64,000 nucleotides of DNA. Origin: Vicugna vicugna. Taxonomy: Eukaryota. The stretch is taken from assembly GCA_013265495.1 (NCBI GenBank), contig MU057521.1:1996335-2060334 (forward strand), read 5' to 3'. How positions within the stretch are numbered: position 1 is the first letter of the stretch; every line of letters starts with the position of its first letter. Below the pieces are notes generated by a model, which worked only from the letters and a program-made list of their open reading frames with translations, had not been told where the DNA came from and did not search any database. The position numbers were made by a program, and so were the translations under genes. Below are positions 14,255 through 25,442 of this stretch, piece after piece.

Positions 14255-14920
14255 TCACAAATGTAGAAAAGGCTGACGCCTGTTCAGACAGCTGGTGGAG
14301 CTGTAAGCTGCTATGGAGGGCAACTTGACAGAATCAATCAAAATGCCAAACACACTCCCTTTTGGTTGCAGCAATTCCGTTTCTAGCATTTCTTTCTATA
14401 GACACACAAAATAATTTAATACAGAGCTATTCACTGCATCATTATCTTTCCCAGAAAAAACCGGAAGCAGCCTACACTGTCCATCAGCGAAGGACCAGCA
14501 AATAAGGCATAGTACCTCAATGCCATGCAGCCGTAACAAAGAATACGGAAGCTCGCTCTTAACTCACTAATATGCACTGAATTCCAAAATGTATTTAAGT
14601 GAAGAGCCCATATATGCAGAACAGCATGTGTGTCTGCCACCTTCTGTATAAAAAAGGGGGAAATAAGTATACACACATGTGTACGCATACATGTACGTCT
14701 ACGCATACCCACAGACATAGATACGTGTGTATACATAAGTATACATATACTCACACACAAGCCCCTGATAACACAGATTCTGGGAAAGGCAACCAGGAGC
14801 CTGGGCGCGGGAGGAGGGAGAAGCCCCTCCCCTGCACACCTTTTGGGACCTGTAGAGCTTTGAACCATGTGAACATGTTACCTATTCAAAAATACTTCAA
14901 CAAACGTAAGTAATAATAAT
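14255..14920 (+). mobile_element. Old L1 (L1ME-type) 3' fragment
   Basis: GCAGCAATTCCGTTTCTAG, ATTCACTGCATCATT, TTTGAACCATGTGAA motifs. Confidence 0.6.
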
Positions 14921-17900
14921 AAATCATCCACTGGTCGGTAGTAAATACACAGTCGTAGGTATTACTACTTAAGAAGAATCTGAAGGACCACCTTTTATAA
15001 ACACTAAAACCCCCAGGTGGAGATTGGGTTTTTTTAAATAAGGCTAGGGAGAATAAAAATGAGCGGCTCTTCCTCTCTGTATTCCCTTGGAGTGCTTATC
15101 ACATAGTAAATGACATATAACAGTTTGGAGGCAAAGCAATTAAAGGGACATAAATCATCATTAACCCCTTCCCCAGATGAATGACAAAGAGAAACATGTT
15201 CTAATTAACACCGAGGAACATGGTGTAAAGAGCAGTTTGCAATGGAAATGAACAGATGGCCAACAAGCATATGAGGTATTGGGGTGCAAGACAGAAAACT
15301 TGATCCGACACTGAAAACTTCAAGCAACTGAAAGAAACTGTACCTGAATGAAAACTGATCTAAAACTATGGATGAGCTCCCCTATTCCACTCTCTCTAGT
15401 TTTGAGGTGCCTCGGGTTTTGCTGCTGTCTGCGTTCAGTCCCCACAAGGCAAATGCGAGTCCAAAGCCCATCGTACTCTCTACATAGGCAAACACACACA
15501 CACACCAGCCACGCAGCCACCTTTTTACAACTGAAAGATTTCCTATCCCCAGGCAACGGTTGGCTCAGTTTATTTCAAACCAAGCTAGCAGTTCAGTTCA
15601 ACAAAAGGTTTTGGACATCGTCTTGGAGTCTGAAGTAACAAGAGCTGACCTAGAGCTTAATGCTCTAACCGACCGTCTCTTTTCTTTCCTTTGAAACAGA
15701 GATTTATGACAGGAGACAGAGAAAGAGACAAAGATCGCAGGGTCGATGAAACCCTCTTAGGATGCACAGAGCAGGTAGCAAAGGGTTCGTGCTTGCAAGT
15801 TCTCTTTGCTCAAAGGCACAGCAATAAGGAGGAAGGCACGGTTTCCTCTTGTTTACAAGTTCCTCCCATTCTTAGACTTTTCTCCGTGGAAACAAGGATG
15901 CCACGGCAGTGGCAGTTCCATTAGCTGAACCCTCAGCGGAGAACCAGTGACTGACTCCACATGTAGGGGATGTCGGCACAGCCAACAGATGCTGTTTGTC
16001 TCTGTCCCCACTGACCCAGGCTAGGGAGACAGCACATTTCAGACAGGATGCCCTCCCAAAGTCGTGATGCAACCCTGGAAAAAAAAAGTCTGTCCAAGAT
16101 CCAAAGCCAGGATCTGGTTTCTGCCAATTCAGAAGGACAGAGACCAGTGGCTAAGACACTGTCACTCCAGAAGGTATGTTGAATTCACACATATTTAACA
16201 TCAGCAGACACTCCACACTCTCCGGCCTTTTATTGTTTTACCTACATCGAGGGTTTTAAATGTACACTCTGTAGCGAACAACAGCTGGATAAAAAACATA
16301 AAACTTTGAGTAAACACCAGATACAGTTCCTGCTCTCCAGGCAAAAAGCAGAAAAGGTTTTTGTTTGTTTGATTTTGGAACTCCAAACAACTACTCCAAG
16401 GGGGAAAAAAAGGCAGATAGTGGGCTCATCCACTATATGAACAACATTTAAGGCTGGGAACTGTAAGTATATAAATGATTTGTGCAATCTGAATCTCAGG
16501 ATTTACACTGACACTTTAACTCTTGTGTCTGAGAGGAGCATATATGCATCACATACACAGATTTATGCATCTATTTTATACAAAGCAGACGGTTTCCACT
16601 AACCTATTAGTTGAGGTATTGGGATTCAAATTCAATTCCTTTCTCCATCTGAGACAACAGACTCTTCTGGTTTAAGGATATTTTTAAATATAAAAACTAA
16701 TTATCCTATCTCCCTGCCTATAAATTCAATTTCTATTTCTGAGCCGGCTTCTGTTGTATGTCTCCTGGTAGTCCCTTTGCATTACAGCTTGTTTACAACC
16801 TAATCTCAAATCACAGGAAGGACAGGGATCAAATAAAAATAAGCTTCCCAACCTTTTAGGAGGGTTTGGTAACGCGGCCACATTTCCATGATGCTCTGTA
16901 TTTAAAAAAATCAAGTCCATTTTCTTTGAAAGGAGAGTTCTTCCGAAGCGGCAAATTTTATAGACAAAATGCAGAGCATATAAATTGGACGGGTGAAGAG
17001 CGAGGCTCACAGTCTGTTAGGATGCTCTGTCTTGGTTAGATTTTCCTGCAAAACCAATCAACCGATGCACGAGGAGACACATCAGGCAAACGGCTGCAGA
17101 CCAGAGCCTGGGATGTGCACTGTGCCAGCCTACGGAGAGCCTCCAAGGCCAGTCCGGATTGGACCAGAGAGCAGAGGGATGCAGTGTGCAGCAAACACTC
17201 TCCCTTCTCAACCCTACTAACTCCTTAAAAAGAGAGTCCCTCACAGACGTGTCAGGGAGAGCAAATTAACAACCACAATTTACGCCACCCAGCTAGGGTG
17301 GTGAAGGGCAAAGGCAAAGCAGAATAAATTGACAATGAGAAACAATGAAAACAGTATATGCTTTAAAAAAAAATCCTTGAAGTCCTTTCTATCTCAGCAT
17401 CAGTTCTGTGAGCCTGTCTGAAGAACTGCAGAAAAGGTCCTCATCGGAAATCTGCCCTTAGACGGCTGGCTCAGCTGCCAACGAGCTGGCTCGGCCCCGG
17501 CAGTCTCTTTATGTCTAGAGACCTGATTTTTCTTATCTATGAAATGAGGGAGTTGAACAAGGTGGCTGAGGCTTCTTCCAGCTCTCACTGTCCATGGTGT
17601 GTGATCAAAGGCCGGGGTACCCCCCTCACCCCCACTCCCCACCCCTAGCCCTTTGTCTGACTCATCTCTTCGGAGGCTCCGTCTACATTGTTTTCTGGAC
17701 CCCGCACACAAAGACGAGATCGTTTTCCGACCTTCTGGATCAAGATGCTCTTTGTCTCTTGGTTTTACAAACATCTCGGATCAAACGGATAGGAGAGGAG
17801 AGGATCAAAGGATGAACTCAGATGCTGAAGATGACATGCCTCCCAAAGGAAGAAACACACATTTGTGAGAAGGAAAAAGCCACTTCTGGAAACTCTGGAG

Positions 17901-18416
17901 TCTTTTTTTTTTTTTTAAGAAGGTGTAGGAAGTCATCTTCATATTCTCCTCCCTGTCTCCATTTTGGAGATTTTCATTCTTCTCACTTCCCATCTTCCAC
18001 AACGTCGGGAAAAACGGAAAGATCATTTTTTTCTCACTATCTTTGGATTTAGCCAACTTGGGTCATGGCACAGGTATTTTAAATAACACTTTTGCCACAC
18101 CGGCTCTCCACAAAGGCCAATATCTGAACCCTTCCCACCCTGATTTTTGAAGCAAGAAAGTTTTCTTCAACCTGCCACAAGGAGCCAAGGCTCTGAGTGT
18201 GGAGCCCCGCCTTCCCCCAATGGAAGAAACTTCCAGGAACTTGGCTGAATCCAGGTATTTGTCAACCTAACTGCTACATCTCAAAAAAAAGCCTGATGTT
18301 TTTCAACATAAAACTCTAAGTCCAGCTTTGCCCAAGTTGTCAAGAGCGTAGTCCTACTATTACTACATTTTAGGGCCCAAATATTCGTTCCCCGACACAT
18401 TTAAGAACAGAAATAG

Positions 18417-18516
18417 CGGGGAGGGCATAGCGCTAGTGGTAGAGCGCATGCTCAGCAGGGTCCTGGGTTCAAACCCCGGCACAGCCTCTAAAAACAAACA
18501 AACAAACAAATAAATA
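18417..18516 (+). mobile_element. Short tRNA-derived SINE (camelid Vic-1-like)
   Basis: A-box-like TAGCGCTAGTGG, B-box GGTTCAAACC, (AAAC)n/(AAAT)n tail, perfect TSD AACAGAAATAG at 18406-18416 and 18517-18527. Confidence 0.85.
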
Positions 18517-19725
18517 AACAGAAATAGATCCTGCCTTCATAAGTCTGTGTGTGGTCCTCAAGGAAGTATTTATGCAGCTACCATGGTATACACATTCACT
18601 CTTTTGCTCCAATATCATTTCATATCAAAAAATCATGAAATAATTTTTTGATGGTCAAAGTTTGGGTGACCTGGAGACCGTGACGTTACTGAGGCCACGT
18701 TCAGTAATGTTAGATTTCATTAAAACACACACGCACCCCCCTGCCCCACCTGCACCCCAGCAGGGCCAGTTCCAAGGGCACTACTCTCACTGCCCTTCTC
18801 CCTGACAACCCCAAATCCACAGGGGCCACAGAACGGAAGAGGACTTGGAATGTGCCCTTCCATCCTGGCACTAAATACCGTACAGCTTGGGCCTTTCTAG
18901 AACCCACTTTGAGAGGATCCCGAGTTTCACTGCTGCTGAGAAATAAAGGACTCGTTTTTAAGTCTTTTTTCACATGCAAACAGCCCCACACACGATATCA
19001 CATGTACTCTTCTCTGCTATTGTTTGCAGCTTCCAGTTTAGGACATTTCCAATTATCTACCTATGGTCTGGCAGGCCGGGCGCGGGGGATTCCAGCTACA
19101 GGAAATGCTTCTGCGACTGCAGGCCCAAAGCAAACCTTGGAGCAGATGGCTGCACAGCCGAGAGAGTGCGAATGCCCCAAGGGGGTCAGGCCGGGAGGGA
19201 GAGGCCGTCTGGCAAAATAACCCAAGTGTGAAGTTCAACTGCAAAGCTACTTCCAACCACTTGGCGTGGATCTGGTCTTTATTGTAGGGAGGGGAGTAAA
19301 CATGGATTAAGGATGTGTACGAGATAGGGATGGTGATGCTGTTGGAAGCTGCTTGAGGGACAGCTGACACCATGCTTATAAAGGGTTTGGGGCTCCAAGG
19401 ACCCCGTGGGGTTGCCAGCCTGCAGGGGACAGCAGAGTCCTGCAGGGATGCTGACGGACGCCCTCTGATGGGTGATTTTAGGTAAGGCTGGGGGCATACA
19501 GACAGACTCAGGATGGGAAAGATGGGTCAGTTCAATCTCTGCAGCTCTCTTAGGGGAGTGAGTTCTTGCCGAGAGACTGAAACCTGTCTCCATTCTGCTT
19601 CTGGTCAGGAGATTCCTCTAATCCTAAATTCAGATCACTTCACTTCCCTGCTCAAAGCTGTCTGCTGGCTTCCCATCACACACAAAACAAGATCCAAAAT
19701 CCTTGCAAGAGTCTACCAGGCCCTA

Positions 19726-20405
19726 CAGTGCTTCTGGATTGGGAGCAGAACCCCCTTGGGGCACTGGGGAAACCCACGGGGGCTGTTCCGGGAGACCCAT
19801 GGCAACTGGGGTCACTGGTGGTGCTCTGCGGGTGAACAACCTGAAGTGCAGCGGGCAGTCCTGCACAGCCCAGAAACGCCCCACGTCCCTGATGACTTTC
19901 CAGCGCCCGTTGGACGTTCCTACGACCGTTTTACGTGTCAACACACTGTTCTCTCCACGATTCTCATGAACAGCCACCTTCGAGGAATGCAACAGCGAAC
20001 GATGTACTTTGTTTTGTCTCGAACTGTACTAAGAATCGTTTGTCGTATCAGAAATACCATGTCACTCACCGTGACACTGACTGTCCCTGAGTCATGATAT
20101 AACGTATCTGCAGCCACCTGCCTTTATGGCCCCAACGTTCCTAGTGACCCTACAAGGACATATGGAACATGTGACCACACCACGACGACTTTCAGGGTAG
20201 TCATGCCTCCGCTGACATGTTCAGATACTTACTGCAATTGACTCTTCTTTTGTATTTCCTTTGTAGTACAGTTAATGCATCATATTGGTGGTTTGTTATT
20301 TGTGTGGTGGGTAGCTTGTATTTTCTACAAATGTCATCACAGGAGAGTAAAAGGAACGTTACTAAGTATGTCATGAAAAGCAGGGTTTGGGTCTGGACAG
20401 GGCTC
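19726..20405 (+). mobile_element. hAT-Charlie relic (MER20B-like), flanked by L2-like sequence
   Basis: Starts CAGTGCTTCT; GGGCAGTCCTGCACA; ends near TTGGGTCTGGACAGGG. Confidence 0.45.
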
Positions 20406-21279
20406 CTCCCACCCCATTACCCCTCCCTCTGAGCCCCCTCTGCTAGGCTTTGAAGGGGCCCTGCTCCTGCCCCAGGACTTCGCCTTGGCCTCTCTGGAAG
20501 CTGTGTCTCTCAGACATCCACAAGGCCATCGTCCTCCACTCCTGTCCACCATCCCTTTACTCCCCTTTTTCTTACTATATAATTTATCACTGTCCGACAT
20601 TACATTTCATCCTTCATTGTTTATTGACTTTCTCTGCTGCTAGAATTAAGTCTACGAGGCCAAGGACTTGTCTATCTTGTTCCCCGGCACCAGGAACACT
20701 GCCTGACCCACAGAAGGCATCTATTAACATCTGCAGACAAGTAAAGGAACAAACAAGCCAACAAACTGCAGTCTGGTCCTACAAAAGGGCTCAGCCGCCC
20801 TGCAACAGCAAGTCCCCCCACGACTGCTGTTGCAAAGTGTGCTCTTTCTTCCACTGACCAAGTTTTTCACGCTGTGCCCTATTCAAGTCAAAGAGCAGAA
20901 AAAGAGAAAGAAGCCAGAGAAAAGGAAAGGGTAAATTCTTTCAAATAACCATCTTTTCAGGACAGCTGTGTGGAATGGACTCTGCCCTGGGGACTGCCCC
21001 TGATCTTCGGGATGTCCTGTCCATCCTCTCTGCCCACGTACGGAGGCAGATGTGGAGGCAAATGTTTGATTCCTGAAAAGGCAAAAGTCCCTCAAAAAAA
21101 AAAAAAAAAAAACAACCAACTCCTACAATTCCGTACTCAATAAATGCTACTCAAAAAGCAAAACGGGTATTTTGAAGATAGCTAAATCCTGGCTGGGATG
21201 GCCCAAGTGTGTCCTCCTTTATTCTTTTCTTTGTTTTTGAGCCCCTGTTCCTTGAAATGAGTTGTGTTCAGAAATTATC

Positions 21280-22310
21280 AGGAGTAATGCTATTCAAGTC
21301 AAAATCGCAGTAGGTATTTTTGTGGAACCCAATGCGCTGACTCTGAAAGTCACATGGAAGCCAAAAGGCCAAAGACAGCCAGGATGCACTTCAGGAAAAG
21401 AAAACGAGGCAGGGACTTACTCTCCTGGACATCACGACTTAAAAAGCTCTAACTAGTATGAGAGAGTGGCATTACCACAGGTGCAGGCAAACAGATCAAA
21501 GGAATAGACGAGAGAGCCCGTCCCGAGACCCACACACGCACAGACACCTAATTGCTGAAAAATCTATCACTGCAGAGCACTAGGGAAAAGATGTTTTCCT
21601 CAGTAAATGGGATAACCAGATGGGGAAGAAAGAAAACTTTGCCCTCCCAGCTCAACACACTCACATAACTCAATCCAGGTGCGTGATAGAAACGTAAATG
21701 TGAGTGGCAAAATGATACAACTTTTAGAAGTTAATATTAGAGAAAAATCTTCATGACCTTGGGATAGCAGAACACAATAAGCACTAACCATAAAGGAAAA
21801 GAGTAACAAATCGGGCTACGTTAAAGTTAAGAACTTCTTTCCATCAAAAGATGCTAGGAGAGTAAAAAGGCAAGTCACAGAGGGAGAGAAAGATATTTGC
21901 AACCCATATGGCTAGCGGAAGGTTTAGTCCAGAAGATGTAAAGAACACTTACAAATCCACAAGAAAAAGACAAGGCAACACAGTTGAAAAATGAGCAAGA
22001 GACCTGAATGGGCATGTCACAAAAGAGGATAGTCAGGAAACATATGAGAAGCAATTGGTAATTAGTAATTAGTAATCAGAGAAATGCAACAACAACAACA
22101 AACAACAAAAAAACCCCAGAACAACACCATATTGTGATACCACTATGAACATAGCAGATTGGCTAAAATAAAGAGACCGACAACTTAAGTTTGGAAAGAA
22201 TGCAAAATACCATGAACTTTCATACGGAATGGGTGAGAGTGTCAACAGTACAAACATTCTGGAAAACTCTTTGGCATTACATCCAAAACAATTCCACTAT
22301 TTGATTGGTA
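21280..22310 (+). mobile_element. Degenerate L1M ORF2 fragment
   Basis: Remnant peptide NAIQVKIAVGIFVE..LTLKVTWK resembles L1 ORF2 (NAIPIKIP..FF..LILKFIW); further L1 motifs downstream. Confidence 0.75.
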
Positions 22311-22315
22311 CCCAA

Positions 22316-22600
22316 CACAAATGTGGTCTACACAGACAATGAGATATTATTCAGCCTTTATAAGGAAGGAAATTCTGGCACAGGCTGCAACACAGATGAA
22401 CCTTGAAGACACGCTAAACCATGAAATAAGCCGATCACAAAAAGGACTCCACTTAAATGAGGTACCTAGAATAGTCAATTCACAAGAGACAGAAAGTAGA
22501 ATGGCGGTCGCCAGGAGTTTGGGGGAGGTGAGGATGGAGAATTAGTGTCGAATAGGTGCAGAGTTTCTGCTGGGGAAAATGAAAAAAAGAAATGGCACCA
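22316..22600 (+). mobile_element. L1MB-type 3' end
   Basis: AAATGTGGTCTA...TATTATTCAGCCTT...ATGAACCTTGAAGAC...CCACTTAAATGAGGTACCTAGAATAGTCAA. Confidence 0.8.
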
Positions 22601-23727
22601 ACTGTCGTTGTAAAGTACATCCATAAACCAGACAGCTTAGTTTCAATATGTTCAGAAGAGAGAGAAGATAGCACATCCATATAGACTCACGGTTATTGGT
22701 TTGGCTATTGGAGGCTGGTTTTCTTTTTTGTTTGTTTTTGTTTTTTATTCCATCCAATACTCAACATAAATACCAACAGGAATTTCTTATGGTAAAGAAT
22801 GAACTAAAATTAGTCCATAGCAGGAACCAATACTAACAGACTTACTAAATATTCGATTTGTACTTCGATTATAGCCTTCATTAGCTCAGGTAAGCTTAAT
22901 GCTGATCAGGTAAATTAAAGATCACAGTTGAGTAAGAGAGCATTGATATTACCTGACTTAACCACTCTTTCCAATTAGGACTGTTATCCCAAGTTCTTGA
23001 CATATGTAATTAAGAAAGTTAAGCTACAAGTCACCCTTTGATGATGTTTAACTGCAATTCTGATTATCTTTAAACTGCAATTCCAGTCCATGAGATGCAA
23101 CGAACAGTTATTTTTCTCACGTGCCAAAAGTTCAGAATTTACCCTGAAAATTTATTGAACTGCTTCCAATCTTCAAAAGCCCAGATTTGCATACAAGAGC
23201 CTACAGTGGTCTTTAAAATGATCTACCCAAACATCCAGTTTAATGCGTGGTTTAAGGTAGAAAGAAAGTTGATTTCATTTATTTTTCTTTTCTTCTCCTG
23301 AATGGAGATCCAAGTTGCAAAGTATCTCAATGGAATGGAAATCTTATTTTCAAGGTTAGCTTTAATATACATTTAAATAATATTTCAGATGTCAGACTTT
23401 GCAGCATAATATTACAGATTTTACTTACTCCAAACACCAGAGAGTCGGCATTATAACCCTTCCGCAATGTACTAATGACTTCTGCGGAAGGCACTGAATC
23501 CTTGTAATCACCCGAAGTAAGATCATGAATGTCAAAACACAGGCCCTGGCTCACAGGGAAATGCTTAATAAATGGCAGTAAAAAAATATATATATATAAT
23601 AACAGCAAGAGTTGAGTGTATGTGGTCCATGTGAGCTAAATGCATTACCCCATTTTAGCTGAACAGATTTTAGAAGTCAGTGATTCCATTCTATTTTGTA
23701 AATTACCGAGCTGCACCAATTCAGAAA

Positions 23728-24185
23728 TTCTTCTGAAACTCAATTCCCAGGCATTTGGCTTCTGTTCCTGGGATTTCCACTGCTTTAGAGGATCCAGCTT
23801 TAATGGGCTCTTTCTGAGAAACCCTCCATCGGTTCTGAGAAGTACTTTTATTGAATGCTCCATTTAACTTAATTTTGCAATTAATGAAACTTTCAAGGCA
23901 TATTTCCCCTCCCCTTTTTTCTTTTTTAGTGATTTTTTTTCTTGCCTTTTGGGTAATTAGGAGCAGAAAACTATTCCCACTAGGACCTACAGGCAATAAA
24001 CATGGCACCAAAAACGCCAGATGCCAAAACAAATGTCACTTGCAGAGTTCTGAAAAGCCCACCTCTCCGAATTAAAAACATTCTGTGTCCCCGGTAAAGG
24101 TCTTTGGTCGCTAGCTATCAAGTGGATCGCTTTCTGATTTCAGGGAAATGCAACCAATAGTAAAGCTTTTTGAGTTTTCAGTTTC
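23728..24185. promoter_or_regulatory. Candidate cytokine-responsive intronic enhancer (STAT/NF-kB/IRF motifs)
   Basis: TTCTGAGAA at 23812 and 23833, TTCAGGGAA at 24139, TTC-N4-GAA at 23728, GGGATTTCC at 23770, TTTCAGTTTC at 24176. Confidence 0.5.
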
Positions 24186-24979
24186 CCTCAACAAGGATAC
24201 TTAACCTTTTCCAGTCTGGGAGTCTCTTTCCAGCCTCTGCAACTCGACCGGTCTGGTAATAAAACAAACCACCAATTTAGTTGTTTATTTTCTTAGCCTA
24301 AAAATGTTTGCGTGGTTAACTGAGTGCCAATGAACTGTATCTGCTCTTCTTCTTTTAAAGTTTTAAACAAATAATCACTGGACGTAATCAGCCAGGAACA
24401 ATCCTCTGCTTGTGAGATATGCAGCCCCCATCCAGAAAGACGCCAGAGAAGAGCGCGATTTATAGGGACCCAATGGTCTCTCCAAATTACTGTTCACTGT
24501 CTGCTGAGAAAACTGTTTCATTCACGTTCCCAGTCATGCAGTGCACGACCCCAGAATTTTCAGTTCATTTACAGTGCTAGGAAGTCACAGGGCCCCTTTG
24601 GTAATGGATAAGACCACACGGCTTGGTTCAGAGGAAGCAGAGCCGCATTCAAATGCGAGAATAAACTGCTCCCACGGGATTCTTTATACTTCCTAGTTTT
24701 AGGTAGATCAAGAGTACTTTTAAAATAAACTTGGCATTTGTCTCCTGTTCCAGTGGAAAATCTGATTTCAGACTCTGCAGTGACAGTAAGGAAGCCTTAC
24801 TTTCCTGGGAAACCAGAACCTGGTTCTTGTTGCCTAACGGCAGCAGGTCAATACAAAGGGTCCGGACGTCCATTTGAGTGTCCGTTGAATGCGCTGTTTC
24901 AGCCTTGCCTGGAGGAGCATCTGTGGGGCTTGAAAGCCCTCGGACTCCTGGTCCCACCCTCCACTCCCGACCCCCTCCC

Positions 24980-25076
24980 CGACATTCTGATTCAAGTGGT
25001 CTGAGAAGTGACCTGGGCATTGGAATTTTAAACGTCCCCTGGGTGATTTTATGGTGCAGCCAAGGTTGAGAACCCC
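24980..25076. mobile_element. MER5-type hAT relic abutting the MLT1 LTR
   Basis: CTGATTCA..GGTCTG, GGTGATTTTATGGTGCAGCCAAGGTTGAGAACC terminus. Confidence 0.65.
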
Positions 25077-25442
25077 TGTGTCTCAGTCTATTCGGACTGC
25101 TATTTGTAATATCATGGACCCGGGGGCTTACAAACAACAGAAATTTTTTCTTACAGTTCTGGAGGCCGAGAAGTCCAAGATCAAGGAGCCAACAAATTTG
25201 ATGTCTGGGAAGAGCCTACTTCCTGATGGACAAAGAGCCGTCTTCTGTGTCCTCGCGCGTGGGAAGGGGTGTGGGAAGGGGTGAGGGAGCTTTTACAAAG
25301 GCACTAATCCTATCCATGAGAGCCCCTCCTTCATGACCTAATCACGTCCCGAAGGCCCCGCCTCCTAATACCATCACACTGCGAGTTAGGATTCAACATA
25401 TGAATTTAGGGGCTGGGGGAAGGACACATTCACTCTACAGCA
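25077..25442 (-). mobile_element. MaLR solo LTR (MLT1A-like)
   Basis: Reverse-orientation motifs CAACAGAAATTT...CAGTTCTGGAGGC...AAGTCCAAGATCAAGG, ATGACCTAATCAC, CCTAATACCATCACA. Confidence 0.85.

Noticed and set aside
18417..18490. Possible tRNA gene (also 41123-41200)
   Set aside because: A-rich tails, TSDs and a degenerate cloverleaf indicate SINEs.
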